Source: Anolis carolinensis (lineage: Eukaryota). Taken from it: 64,000 nucleotides of DNA. Position numbers and translations under genes: made by a program. Shown here one piece after another: positions 1-11,813 of the stretch. The stretch is from assembly GCF_035594765.1 (NCBI RefSeq), contig NW_026943824.1:7768317-7832316 (forward strand), given 5' to 3'. The notes beneath the pieces were generated by a model, which had not been told where the DNA came from, ran no database searches, and worked only from the letters and a program-made list of their open reading frames with translations. Each line of letters begins with the position of its first letter. Positions within the stretch are counted from its first letter, which is position 1.

Positions 1-96
1 ACATCAAAACATTCGGGTGTCCCCTGGGCAACATCCTTGCAGACGGCCAATTCTCTCACACCAGAAGCAACTCATGTTGCTCCTGACACAAAAAAA
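1..96 (+). mobile_element. 3' end of tRNA-derived SINE with A-tail (same family as 62852-63117)
   Basis: acatcaaaacat...gcagacggccaattctctcac...gttgctcctgacacaaaaaaa matches the 3' part of the copy at 62852-63117. Confidence 0.7.
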
Positions 97-593
97 CCCC
101 CCTTGTGTCTGAAGATCCCTAACCCTAACCCTTTTAGTTGATTATTACCTCACATATTAATGTTTAAATTAATGTCAGGTTTTGGGGCCAAAATTATGGA
201 TTTTGATATGACCCGTAGATAAGTCAAGGGCTATTCTATGGAGAAGGGAAAGCAGCAATGCAGCCTCAGAGGGTTAGCTGCCCCTGGCTACCACTAGACA
301 TTCAGAAAAGCCAGAAGCCATGCCAGGTTGAATAAAGTTGAAGGTGTCATTGCCTCTTTTAGGTTTTTCTGGGATGATAATGATGATTTAATAATAATAA
401 TAATTTAAAAGTACGCCTGTTAGGAATTATGGGAGTTGAAGTTCAAAACACCCAGAGAGCCGAAGTTTGTCTATGCTTGGTTTAGAAACACCATCTACTG
501 TTCTTTTGATTTTGTTTACTGTAGTGTATATTTTATTTTATTGTATTGTTTAATGCGTTATGATTTGTTGTTTTATATTGTATTGTTCTGGGC

Positions 594-3170
594 ATGGCCC
601 CATGTAAGCCGCCCCAAGTCCCTGTTGCGGAAGAAATGCAAGACTGTAATCCGGGAAACCAGCTTGAAAGCATCTGGATAAGAATCAAGGGAACCGGGAC
701 TCAAAAAGATCTTGTCGTGGGTGTCTACTACAGACCTCCGAGTCAGGATGAAGGACTTGATGAAGCCTTCTGTCAACAGCTGACCAAACAGGCACAAAGA
801 AGAGATATAGTAGTCATGGGCGATTTCAATTATCCCGATATCTGCTGGAAAACAAACTCAGCCAAGAGTACAAAGTCCAACAAATTCCTCACTTGCCTTG
901 CAGATAATTTTATGGTCCAGAAGGTAGAAGAGGCAACAAGGGGATCAGCAACTCTTGATCTAATCTTAACAAATGTGGAAGACCTGATCAATACAGTTGA
1001 AGTGGTTGGATCCTTAGGGGCAAGTGACCATGTGCTCCTGCAGTTTGCAATACAAAGGAATGCTGAAACTAAGACAAGTCAAACACGCATTCTGGACTTT
1101 AAGAGAGCTGACTTCCAAAAAATGAAGGAATTACTGAGCGGCATTCCATGGACGCCGATATTAAAAAACAAGGGAGTTAAGGATGGATGGGAGTTTTTCA
1201 AAAGTGAAATACTCAAGGCGCAAATGCAAACGGTGCCAACAAAGAAGAAAAATAAGACAAGTGCAAAGAAGCCAGAATGGATGTCCAAAGAACTTCTAAC
1301 TGAGCTAAAGCTCAAAAGTGACATGCACAAGAAGTGGAAAAGGGGAGAAATCACCAAAGAAGAATTCAAACGTATAGCCAACTCCTGTAGGGAAAAGGTT
1401 CGCAAGGCTAAAGCGCAAAATGAGCTCAGGCTTGCCAGGGACATAAAAAACAACAAAAAAGGTTTTTTTGCTTACGTTGGTAGAAAAAGGAAGAAAAAGG
1501 AGGCAATAGGGCCACTGCAAGGAGAAGATGGGGTGATGGTGACAGGGGATAGGGAAAAGGCAGAACTGCTTAATGCCTTCTTTGCCTCGGTCTTCTCACA
1601 AAAAGAAAGCCATCTTCAACCTCAGCAACATGGAATGGACGAAGGATTGGGGGAAATCCAACCCCAAATAGGGAAACAAGTTGTCCAGGAACACCTGGCC
1701 ACTCTAAACGAATTCAAGTCGCCAGGGCCAGATCAGCTACATCCAAGAGTATTGAAGGAACTAGCGGAAGTTATTTCAGAACCACTGGCAATCATCTTCG
1801 AGAGTTCTTGGAGAACAGGAGATGTCCCAGCAGATTGGAGGAGGGCGAATGTGGTCCCTATCTTCAAGAAGGGAAAAAAGAACGACCCAAACAATTACCG
1901 TCCGGTCAGCCTCACATCAATACCAGGCAAGATTCTGGAAAAGATCATTAAGGAAGTGGTCTGCAAACACTTAGAAACAAATGCGGTCATTGCTAATAGT
2001 CAACACGGATTTACCAAAAACAAGTCATGCCAGACTAATCTGATCTCTTTTTTCGATAGAGTTACGAGTTGGGTCGATACAGGGAATGCCGTGGATGTAG
2101 CATATCTAGATTTCAGTAAGGCCTTCGACAAAGTCCCCCACGACCTTCTGGCAAACAAACTAGTAAAATGTGGGCTAGACAAAACTACGGTTAGGTGGAT
2201 CTGTAATTGGCTAAGCGAACGAACCCAAAGGGTGCTCACCAATGCGTCGTCTTCATCATGGAAAGAAGTGACAAGTGGAGTGCCGCAGGGCTCCGTCCTG
2301 GGCCCGGTTCTGTTCAACATCTTTATTAACGACTTAGACGAAGGGTTAGAAGGCACGATCATCAAGTTTGCAGATGACACCAAACTCGGAGGGATAGCTA
2401 ACACTCCAGAAGACAGGAGCAGAATTCAAAACGATCTTGACAGACTAGAGAGATGGGCCGAAACTAACAAAATGAAGTTCAACAGGAACAAATGCAAGAT
2501 ACTTCACTTCGGCAGAAAAAATGGAAATCAAAGATACAGAATGGGGGACGCCTGGCTTGACAGCAGTGTGTGCGAAAAAGACCTTGGAGTCCTCGTGGAC
2601 AACAAGTTAAACATGAGCCTACAATGTGATGCGGCAGCTAAAAAAGCCAATGGGATTTTGGCCTGCATCAATAGGGGAATAACGTCTAGATCCAGGGAAG
2701 TCATGCTCCCCCTCTATTCTGCCTTGGTCAGACCACACCTGGAATACTGTGTCCAGTTTTGGGCACCGCAGATGAAGGGAGATGCTGACAAGCTAGAAAG
2801 CGTCCAGAGGAGGGCGACTAAAATGATTAAGGGTCTGGAGAACAAGCCCTATGAGGAGAGGCTTAAAGAGCTGGGCATGTTTAGCCTGCAGAAGAGAAGG
2901 CTGAGAGGAGACATGATAGCCATGTACAAATATGTGAGGGGAAGTCATAGGGAGGAGGGAGCAAGCTTATTTTCTGCTGCCCTGCAGACTAGGACACGGA
3001 ACAATGGCTTCAAACTACAGGAAAGGAGATTCCACCTGAACATCAGGAAGAACTTCCTCACTGTGAGGGCTGTTCGGCAGTGGAACTCTCTCCCCCGGAA
3101 TGTGGTGGAGGCTCCTTCTTTGGAAGCTTTTAAGCAGAGGCTGGATGGCCATCTGTCGGGGGTGCTTTGA
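594..3170 (+). CDS. CR1 ORF2 (APE endonuclease C-terminal part plus reverse transcriptase); the ATG comes from flanking DNA
   Basis: Motifs [41 protein letters not shown]; 858 codons without a stop. Confidence 0.9.
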   Translation: MAPCKPPQVPVAEEMQDCNPGNQLESIWIRIKGTGTQKDLVVGVYYRPPSQDEGLDEAFCQQLTKQAQRRDIVVMGDFNYPDICWKTNSAKSTKSNKFLTCLADNFMVQKVEEATRGSATLDLILTNVEDLINTVEVVGSLGASDHVLLQFAIQRNAETKTSQTRILDFKRADFQKMKELLSGIPWTPILKNKGVKDGWEFFKSEILKAQMQTVPTKKKNKTSAKKPEWMSKELLTELKLKSDMHKKWKRGEITKEEFKRIANSCREKVRKAKAQNELRLARDIKNNKKGFFAYVGRKRKKKEAIGPLQGEDGVMVTGDREKAELLNAFFASVFSQKESHLQPQQHGMDEGLGEIQPQIGKQVVQEHLATLNEFKSPGPDQLHPRVLKELAEVISEPLAIIFESSWRTGDVPADWRRANVVPIFKKGKKNDPNNYRPVSLTSIPGKILEKIIKEVVCKHLETNAVIANSQHGFTKNKSCQTNLISFFDRVTSWVDTGNAVDVAYLDFSKAFDKVPHDLLANKLVKCGLDKTTVRWICNWLSERTQRVLTNASSSSWKEVTSGVPQGSVLGPVLFNIFINDLDEGLEGTIIKFADDTKLGGIANTPEDRSRIQNDLDRLERWAETNKMKFNRNKCKILHFGRKNGNQRYRMGDAWLDSSVCEKDLGVLVDNKLNMSLQCDAAAKKANGILACINRGITSRSREVMLPLYSALVRPHLEYCVQFWAPQMKGDADKLESVQRRATKMIKGLENKPYEERLKELGMFSLQKRRLRGDMIAMYKYVRGSHREEGASLFSAALQTRTRNNGFKLQERRFHLNIRKNFLTVRAVRQWNSLPRNVVEAPSLEAFKQRLDGHLSGVL

Positions 3171-3262
3171 ATGCGATTTCCTGCTTCTTAGCGGGGGGTT
3201 GGACTGGATGGCCCTTGAGGTCTCTTCCAACTCTACTATTCTATGATTCTATGATTCTATGA
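623..3262 (+). mobile_element. CR1 LINE, 5'-truncated, young
   Basis: Stop-free EN-RT ORF2 followed by CR1 3'UTR and (ATTCTATG)n tail at ~3238-3262. Confidence 0.95.
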
Positions 3263-3375
3263 GATGGTGGCGGGGTATAAATAAAGATGATGATGATGAT
3301 GATGATGATGATTATTATTATTATTATTATCTTCCTTGCAGACCGACTCATGCCTCTTCTTTCCTTCCTCCACAG

Positions 3376-3556
3376 CCTCCTGCAGCTGGTCATTTCAGGT
3401 CCAGTCCAGCAACCGGCGCACACCTCTCTGCCGCCCGGCTTTTACCCCTCCATCCACACCCCTCCGCTGGGATATCCCGCCCACGCTGCCCTTCCGGCCC
3501 ATCCAGTCCAGACGTTTATACCCGGCATGGCCTTCCCCTACCGGCCAGTCCGCTGA
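3376..3556 (+). CDS. INTS15: INTS15 (C7orf26) terminal coding exon
   Basis: Acceptor ttcctccacag; LLQLVISGPVQQPAHTSLPPGFYPSIHTPPLGYP...FPYRPVR* matches the recalled C7orf26 C-terminus. Confidence 0.85.
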
Positions 3557-4212
3557 GCAGACTCAACATCTTTTGGCCGTTCCTATTCTCCATCAAAGGG
3601 TTGTCTTATGGGACGGAAGAAGGGCTCTCCATCTTTTTAAAGGTGCTGCCTGACTTCAAGAAGAAGAGATTTCTTCCCCGGTAAAAGAGGATGTCAGCCA
3701 CTGGAAGCGGGACCATTTTTTAAAGACCATTTGGCCACTTTGGATGTTGCAAGTGTGCCATTGTTTGTTTTTTGAGGGACAGGTTGTTTATAACAATATG
3801 TATATACACTTCCAATGCTTTTGAGAGTAGCCCTTGGCGGCTTTTCTGTACAAGCGGCAAAGTGAGTGGGTGACCAATGGCCCACTGTGTTGTTTAGTAA
3901 ACCTACATTTTGTTAGGGAAGACCTTCCTCTTCCTTGCTTGCAACCACCGTTGGCTTTGGTGGGCTCTGTTTACAAAGGCTCGCTTTTCTCAGGATGGAA
4001 GCAAGGGAAGGCGATTACGAGAAACACCTCTGCACCCAATCCTTTTATTTTTCTACTACCTTTTTCCTCCAGTACAGGGAGTCTGATTGAGAGGCATGGC
4101 TTCTCATTTATTTATTTTATTGTGGGTTTTGTTTTTGATTATTATTTTACTTACATTTATTTCAGTTTTACTTACATTTACATTTTAAACACAATCCAAT
4201 CGTCTTGTCACA

Positions 4213-4632
4213 TCTATATATATAAATGAGTGATGGCATCATGGCGACCCACAAAACAACAAAACTACAGCCCCCCCAACTTCGAAATTTGACAACACAA
4301 CCCATCATCCACGCCTCTAGGTTGATATAACAAAAAGAAAAGAAAAATAAAGTCCTAATTAGAGGGAGAGCAATAATTGTTTTTATCCAATTGCTGCCAG
4401 TTTAGAGGGCTAATCTCTGCCCACTTGGTCTCCTAGCAACCAACTCAGCCAAGGGACAGCCAGGGTTCGGTTAGGGGACAGGCAGACATAGGCCTCACTT
4501 AGGCCTCATCCACAGATTATCTGATTTGCACTGGATTATATGGCAGTGTAGACTCAAGGCCCTTCCACACAGCTATATAACCCATTTATAATCTTATATT
4601 ATCTGCTTTGCACTGGATTATCTTGACTCCAC
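4213..4632 (+). mobile_element. Non-autonomous Helitron, 5' part
   Basis: A|TCTATATATATAAA 5' end; homologous to copies at 49110 and 50760. Confidence 0.75.
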
Positions 4633-4635
4633 ATA

Positions 4636-4958
4636 CAATAGAGTCTCACTAATCCAAGCTAAACGGGCCGGCAGAAGCTTGGATAACCGAATATCTTGGA
4701 TTATAAGGACTGATCAAGGAAAAGCCTATTAAACATCAAATTAGGTTATGCTTTTACAAATTAAGCACCAAAACTTCATGTTATGCAACAAATTTGACAG
4801 AAAAAGTAGTTCAATACGCGGTAATGTTATGTTGTAATTACTGTATTTATGAATTTAGCACCAAAATATCACGATATATTGGAAACATTGACTACAAAAA
4901 TGGCTTGGATTATCCAGAGGCTTGGATAAGCGAGGCTTGGACTAGTGAGACTCTACTG
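4636..4958. mobile_element. Tc1/mariner MITE
   Basis: TIR cagtagagtctcac(t)tatccaa, TA flanks. Confidence 0.85.
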
Positions 4959-5482
4959 TATATATATACACATACACACACATATCAAAGTGATTTCAGA
5001 GTCACTTCCAAGTAAAATGAAAACTTTTACCAATAGTTTCCGCCCTTGGTGTTAGCCATTGAGGAATCACACCGTCATGGTTATAGTTTTGTCCATACAT
5101 AGTATTGCTAGTCATCTATATTATTACCGTTAGTTTATTTGTGCCCGGCCTTTATCTCTGCAATTGAGAGGCAAAATGGATCAAAACAGTTTAAAATACA
5201 TACCTTAATAATAATTATTAAAATCTCCAGCATATAAATATTAAAATAGAGATTGAACATACATAGTGGTTAAAATCCCTTAAAGCACGATTGCCCAGGC
5301 TCAGTGCTATGGGATCCTGGGAGTTCATAGTTTTGCAACTTCCACTGTGGGAGAGGACCAAACTATAGATCCCAGGATCCCATGACAGTTAAAGTGTAGA
5401 TCAGGCATGGGCAAACTTTGGCCCTCTAGGTGTTTTGGACTTCAACTCCCACAATGTAGATGCATCTTCAGGGTTTTTTTTA

Positions 5483-6345
5483 ATGCGTTGTTGAAGGCTT
5501 TCATGGCCAGAATCACTGGGTTGCTGTGAGTTTTTCAGGCAGTATGGCCATGTTCCAGAAGCATTCTCTCCTGACATTTCATCCACATCTATGGCAAGCA
5601 TCTTCAGAGGTTGTGAGGTCTGTTTGAAACTAGTCAAGTGGGGTTTACATATCTGTGGAATAATGTCCAGGGTGGGAGAAACAAAGAACTCTTGTCTGTT
5701 GGAGGCAAGTGTAAGTAAGTACAGTAGAGTCTCACTTATCCAACGTTCTGGATTATCCAATGCATTTTTGTAGTCAATGTTTTCAATACATCATGATATT
5801 TTGGTGCTAAATTCGTAAATACAGTAATTACTACATAGCATTACTGCATATTGAACTATATTTTCTGTCAAATTTGTTGTACAACATGATGTTTTGGTGC
5901 TTAATTTGTAAAATCATAACCTAATTTGATGTTTAATAGGCTTCTCCTTAATCTCTCCTTATTAGCCAACATATTCGCTTATCCAACGTTCTGTTGGCCC
6001 ATTTATGTTGGATAAGTGAGACTCTACTGTAATAATAATCACTTTTATTACGGCCAATGACCAGCTCATATGGAGGCAAGTGTGAATGTTGCAATTGGCC
6101 ACCATGATTAGCATTGAATAGCCTTACAACTTCAAAATCTGGCTGCTTTCTGCGTGGGGGAATCCTTTGGTGGGAGGTGTTAGCTGGCCCTGATTGTTTC
6201 ATGTCTGGAATTCCCCTGTTTTTTGAGTGTTGTTCTATTTACAGTCCAGATTATTTAGTTTTTTAATACTGGTAGCCAGATTTTGTTCATATTAATGGTT
6301 TCCTCCTTTCTGTTGAAATTATCCACATGTTTGTGGATTTCAAGG
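5483..6345 (-). mobile_element. Penelope-like element remnant, interrupted by a mariner MITE
   Basis: Pseudo-LTR-type sequence shared with 22767, 32113 and 63130, including a hammerhead-like core at 5570-5610. Confidence 0.7.
5722..6029. mobile_element. Tc1/mariner MITE
   Basis: Perfect TIR cagtagagtctcacttatccaac, TA TSD. Confidence 0.9.
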
Positions 6346-6384
6346 GTTTTTAAAAAATGCTTTAAAAGTCCAAGGGGAAATAGT

Positions 6385-6739
6385 GTCCTTGAGCATGCGC
6401 AGAACGAGAGGTTGGTAGCGGGCCGCCTTCCCCTCTTGCAGGGTCATGTGACTGCCTCCTCGGCTGGACCAACATGGCGGCAACAGGATCACGTGATGCG
6501 CCGGCAGCCAATGGGAAGGCGCCTTGTTGCGAGAGAGGCCTGTAGCAGCCGCTGAGGGCAGAAAGAGAGCGAAGGAGCTGCTGCTCAGGCCTGTCGCTCG
6601 CCTCAGAAGCCGCTCTCCTCCTCCGCTGGGCCCGCTCCCTCCTCCGCCTCTCCCTCCCCGGGATGCTCTGAAGGGGCCCCGGCCTTCCGTCGCGCTCCCA
6701 GGCCGGCCTCGCGCTGGGGCAGCCGCCACCTCTCCTCAG
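6385..6739 (+). promoter_or_regulatory. NAA60: NAA60 CpG-island promoter and non-coding exon 1
   Basis: CpG-rich; NRF1-like gcatgcgca 6393, GTCATGTGAC 6443, YY1-like aacatggcgg 6471, ATCACGTGAT 6488, CCAAT 6508; donor cag|gtaaag at 6739/6740. Confidence 0.75.
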
Positions 6740-6856
6740 GTAAAGAGGGCCGCCCAGGCGGATCGCCTTGGAGTAGGCCTCTCCTGTCAGGAAACATACA
6801 GGGGTACTGTGAATATATTTTTGTGTACATGTAGGTGACTGCATATGTATATAGAC

Positions 6857-7000
6857 CAGACATGGTCGAACTTGGGCCCTCCAAGGGTTTTGGACTTCAA
6901 CTTTAGCAACTCAGGGGGAAAAGGAAAGGGCCTGAGGCGGTTAGGAATGGTGGGAGTTGAAGTCCCAAACCCCTGGAGGGCCTAAGTTCGCCCATGCCTG
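6857..7000. mobile_element. hAT MITE
   Basis: TIR caggcatgggcgaactt-like; 8-bp TSD atatagac on both sides. Confidence 0.85.
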
Positions 7001-7074
7001 ATATAGACACACACACAGAGGCCTATAAATAGTTCATTAACAGTTTGTATTACTGATATTATTATTATGCATGA

Positions 7075-7293
7075 CATAGAATCATAGAATAGTAGAGTTG
7101 GAGGAGACCTCATGGGCCATCCAGTCCAACCCTCTGCCAAGAAGCAGGAAATCGCATTCAAAGCACCCCTGACAGATGACCATCCAGCCTCTGCTTAAAA
7201 GCCTCCAAAGAAGGAGCCTCCACCACAGTCCGGGGGAGAGGGTTCCACTGCCGAACAGCCCTCACAGTGAGGAAATTCTTCCTGATGTTCAGG
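7075..7293 (-). mobile_element. CR1 3' fragment
   Basis: Reverse complement of the CR1 3'UTR and tail seen at 3040-3260. Confidence 0.85.
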
Positions 7294-7662
7294 TGTTCAT
7301 ACAAACACATACCTATAGACTCAAGAAGATATGTCAGTACATATGCATAAATATAATAATAATAATAACTTTATTTTTCTACTCTGCCACCATCTCCCGG
7401 CATGGGTCAGAAGCCCGAAATACAAAACAATAAATCAGTTATAACACATTGCAATACAAACACAGTAAAATCAGCAGTTAAACACAACAGTTACCTCAAC
7501 CAAAACAATACAGTAAATCATAAAAAAAAATCATAAATACACACCTAAGTACAAATACATATATACAGAATAATAATAACAATAGAGACATGTGACCAAA
7601 AACACACCAGTGTACACAATTATAAATACACATGTGAGTCCAAACACATACACATATATACA

Positions 7663-7706
<44 letters not shown>

Positions 7707-7707
7707 T

Positions 7708-8238
7708 GAAGTCCTCGTAGACAACAAGTTAAACATGAGTCAACAATGTCATGTGGTGGCTAAAAAAGCCAATGGGATTTTAGCCTGCACAAATAGGAGT
7801 ATAATGTTTAGATCCAGGAAAATCATGCTACCCCTCTGTTCCACCTTGGTCAGATCACACCTGGATTCACACTGTGTCCAATTCTGGGCACCACAATTGA
7901 AGAGAGATATTGACAAGCTGGAATGTGTCAAGAAGAGGGAGATTCAAAGGATCAAGGGTCTGGAGAACAAGCCCTATGAGGAGTGAGCAAACTTGTTTTC
8001 TGCTGCCCTAGAGACTAGAATGCAATGGAACAATTGCTTCAATCCACAGGAAAGAAAGGGGATTCCACCTAAACATTAGGAAGAATTCCTGATGGTCAGA
8101 GCTGTTTGACAGCGGAGTATGCTGCCTTTGAGTAAAATGAAGTCGCCTTTGCTGGAGGTTTTGACCATCTGTCACGAGGACTGAGACAATGCCTTTCTGC
8201 ATGGCTGTATGGCCCTTGGGATCTCTTCCAACTCTACA
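7708..8238 (+). mobile_element. Degenerate CR1 ORF2 3' fragment
   Basis: KKANGILAC...GLENKPYEE homology to the intact copy. Confidence 0.85.
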
Positions 8239-9637
8239 GAGCTCTGTTCTCTCCTCATTACTGCTGCTTTGACAGTTGGGAACACGAGGAGCGGTTTTGC
8301 AGTGAGGTCAAAGCAGGCAGTGTCAGATGAAGGATTATGGCATCTCCTGAAGACTCTTGAGATTTGGCATCTTTGTTGGGAGAGGAGTCCTTCAAGGAGA
8401 ACCAGAGCTCTTTTGAAAGTCATAGCAGTTGTAGTTGCAGTCTGTTCCAAAGCCAAAGGAGATCTGGTCAGGGCACAGCCAAGTAGTGGTCAGGACCTCA
8501 GGAGGTGGTGCCCATTCCTAAGTGTGACCACCTTCTTGAACACATTAATCTAATATTAGAATCCAACTGGCCACGTAGAATACCAAAGGAATTGGGTTCA
8601 GCCTATTGCTTCAGACCTCTACAAAACGCAGGGAGCTTGAACAACAGTGGCCAGCAAAAGGATCACAAAGAGACAAGTGAGGAACAGAGCTACTAATTCA
8701 TTTAACCAAGTGCTGAGCGTAAAGACTAGAAGAAGGTATCTTTAATGGGTTAAGCAGGAAAGTGGCATGGTTAAAAGTGTAGAATGGAGGCCTTCATGCT
8801 CTTTAGCAGCAGTGTTTTCCCTGGCATTAGGCTTCTGCAGCCACTCTTTGTGTTACTCTTCTTGCCCGAAGACATTAAGTTTTGATAGGGAGATACTGGT
8901 GTGTCAATAGATTTGCTGTATCTGATGGTATTCTATCCCAGAGTTAATTGTCCTCACTCCTTAAATAATTAAAAGGTTGGCTTCTTTTTTCCAGCTTGAA
9001 CTCTGGACCTTGAACAGTTAGACATCTGCATGTCTGTCGAGCCTTTTAGTATCGAGTGTCATACATTCTTAAGTGTTTGAGACGTTTGTGTTGAGAGCAA
9101 AAAAGTTTTCACAGCTGCTAGTTTGAAAAGACCCTCAACTCCATGGGGAGGGAACTCAATCAATGAGAGTACAATCAAAATGTAAGGAGCAAGGCTGGTT
9201 TACATACAAGGAAGTATGGCTAGGATGGGAGGGTTGCTCCGCTTGGGGATTTCAGATTAAAATAAATCCACAGCAGATGGTCCGGCAATTAACTGCAGTT
9301 CCTGGAAACAATTCAAGATGGGGCGCACTGCTAGCTCTCTTCCTGTGCCCTGGGGGAACTGGTCCCAAAGAGACTCTGTGCCCTTTGGTATTTTCAGATC
9401 CGTCCATTTTGACTTAAACTTTCCTAAAGCAAGGAAGACTGAATACAGATGGGAAAATTCTCTCGTGCTTTCTGTCTCAGCAGTGTGAACTTGTCTGTTG
9501 TTTGCCATGCTTTATGTTTTCTTTGCTTGAATGTTGTTTATTTGTTATTTGTTTTTGGGCATTGAATGTTTGCCATCTTTGTTATTTTTTAAACCACCCT
9601 GAGTGTCCCCTTGAGGAGAGAGGGTGGGTAATTAATA

Positions 9638-9698
<61 letters not shown>

Positions 9699-9699
9699 T

Positions 9700-9901
9700 A
9701 TGACACAGCAAACAAGATAGATATGCTGGATTTCGTATCACAAAATCACAAGTCGAACACTTCCCAAGTGTCTAGGACTGTGTGATGTATTTTCGGATGA
9801 TACGCGCAGATCCCAGTAGGGTGGCCTTTTGCAGTTGGCAGATCGCAATTTTGTCAATGTCTATTGTTTCCAAATGCCGGCTGAGATCTTTTGGCATGGC
9901 A

Positions 9902-9903
<2 letters not shown>
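9700..9903 (-). mobile_element. R4/Dong-clade LINE 3' fragment in a (TTA)n tract
   Basis: Matches the 3' end of 34461-35351; (TTA)n on both sides. Confidence 0.8.
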
Positions 9904-9955
<52 letters not shown>

Positions 9956-10163
9956 GCTTTAGGTGGTAGCAAAATGATCCTGTTATTTAGCTCCAACAAT
10001 AGCACATGGGTCAGAAGTGTTCTCTCATTTAGTGGGGGCTCTGGAGCTGAGATGGGGAGGGTCTTGTGTTTTCTTTCCCCAAAGTATGCAGCTATGCTTG
10101 GCCTCCTGCCTTTTCTCATTTGGCTGGATGGCTCTTCTTTTCTGGTCTCCTCTGCAGGTGTGA

Positions 10164-10273
10164 ATGACCGAAGAGGTGCCTCCGACGGCACTCAGTGAGA
10201 TCTACCTTCGCCTCCTGTGCCATGATGACATAGACACCGTCAAACAGCTCTGTGGCGACTGGTTCCCAATAGA
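10164..10273 (+). CDS. NAA60: NAA60 coding exon 1 (N-alpha-acetyltransferase 60; CDS 729 nt, 242 aa in total)
   Basis: MTEEVPPTALSEIYLRLLCHDDIDTVKQLCGDWFPIE; acceptor 10157, donor gtaagt. Confidence 0.95.
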
Positions 10274-10612
10274 GTAAGTGACCCGTAGAGCTCCCGCAGC
10301 TTTGAAGTGGCCCCTTTTGCATCCATAGAATTCATTTGGAGGAGACCCTAAGGGCTGGCCAGTACAACTCTCTTTTGCCGTTATGCCAAAGACACCATCC
10401 AAGCCCTCCCAACAGACAGTCACCCAACCTCTGCTTTAAAAACTCCAGAGAAAGAGACTCCATCACATCCATCTAGCATCTGAGTTCCTTTTGTGAAGTG
10501 ATATATTTTGAAAATTTGAGAAATTTCTATAGGAAAAATAATGTAACTGAAAACATTGGCCACTGCCATTGGCATGAGTTTGGCTTATTTATTCCTGTGC
10601 TTTTCTTCCCAG

Positions 10613-10742
10613 GTACCCTGACTCATGGTACCGAGACATCACCTCCAACAAGAAGTTCTTTTCCCTGGCAGCCACCTATCGGAGCACGATTGTGGGGATG
10701 ATAGTCGCTGAGATCAAGAGCCGGACAAAAGTACACAAAGAG
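10613..10742 (+). CDS. NAA60: NAA60 coding exon 2
   Basis: YPDSWYRDITSNKKFFSLAATY...KVHKE; AG/GT, phase-consistent. Confidence 0.95.
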
Positions 10743-10901
10743 GTAGGCAGAAGGCCTTCACCCTGTCCCCAGGTCCAACAGGAGCCTGGATTGAGCAGCT
10801 TTGGCTTGGTTTTGGGGGGCGTTAAGCCTGGTAGGTAGATGTCCCCCACCCCCAGTGCTGTGTATTGACAGCATCCTTTTCTGCTGGCTTTCTCCCTTTA
10901 G

Positions 10902-10998
10902 GATGGTGATATTTTAGCCTCTGGTTTTCCAGTGGATACTCAGGTTGCTTATATTTTAAGCCTAGGAGTGGTAAAGGAATTCAGGAAACATGGCATAG
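10902..10998 (+). CDS. NAA60: NAA60 coding exon 3
   Basis: DGDILASGFPVDTQVAYILSLGVVKEFRKHGIG (GNAT acetyl-CoA motif). Confidence 0.95.
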
Positions 10999-11224
10999 GT
11001 AAGAATCTATTCAGTACTTTATCTCACCTTCAGACAGACAGTGTAAACAAGAGGCTGTAGGAACGGTATTCTTTGCAAATGCAAGAACATGTTATGATGT
11101 TAATACTTAGTGCTAAGGGTGGTCTAGGCTTTGCTGGCTGAGAAGGACATGTTAGCAAAGCATAACTGAAGCATTGCCTTTCTGTCTGTCTGCCATGCCT
11201 TCTTGCCTTCCCGCCCTGCGCCAG

Positions 11225-11459
11225 GTTCCCTCTTACTTGAGAGCTTGAAAGAGCACATATCGACCACTTCCCAGGACCACTGCAAAGCCATCTACCTGCA
11301 CGTCCTCACCACTAACAACACTGCGATAAACTTCTACGAAAACAGAGACTTTAAGCAGCACCACTACCTTCCCTATTACTATTCCATAAGAGGCGTCCTC
11401 AAAGATGGCTTCACCTACGTCCTGTACATTAACGGCGGGCACCCTCCCTGGACAATCTT
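11225..11459 (+). CDS. NAA60: NAA60 coding exon 4
   Basis: SLLLESLKEHI...YLHVLTTN...GGHPPWTI; ends at U12 donor ATATCCTTT. Confidence 0.93.
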
Positions 11460-11656
11460 ATATCCTTTGCTGGCAGTCTGGGAGGGATTTGCAAATGCCA
11501 AAGGGAGATCCATTTGGTCAGGAGCGTCCCCAGATGAGTGCCCTGTGCAGCAGGTCCAGTGTTGTGTATATAAAGGAAGGGCTGTGATAGAAACTCCACT
11601 ATAAGCCAGAGGAGGCCTTTCTGTATTCGTCCTGTGGCTCCTTAACAGCAATGCAC
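11460..11656 (+). other. NAA60: U12-type AT-AC intron of NAA60
   Basis: 5' ATATCCTTT, branch TCCTTAAC 11639-11646, 3' AC; restores the reading frame. Confidence 0.92.
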
Positions 11657-11813
11657 CGATTACCTCCAGCACATCGGTTCGACCCTGGCCAGTCTGAGCC
11701 CCTGCAGCATTCCCCAGCGGATCTACCGTCATGCCCAGGGCCTCCTCTGCAGCCTCCTGCCCTGGTCGGGCATTTCGGCAAAAAGTGGCATCGAATACAG
11801 CCGGACCATGTGA
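11657..11813 (+). CDS. NAA60: NAA60 coding exon 5
   Basis: DYLQHIGSTLASLSPCSIPQRIY...GIEYSRTM*; donor gtaagg 7 nt after the stop. Confidence 0.93.

Noticed and set aside
117-132. Interstitial telomeric repeat (also ~15887)
   Set aside because: Only about 2.5 CCCTAA units; compatible with chance
11203-11604. Divergent or truncated NAA60 C-terminus
   Set aside because: Explained by the AT-AC intron
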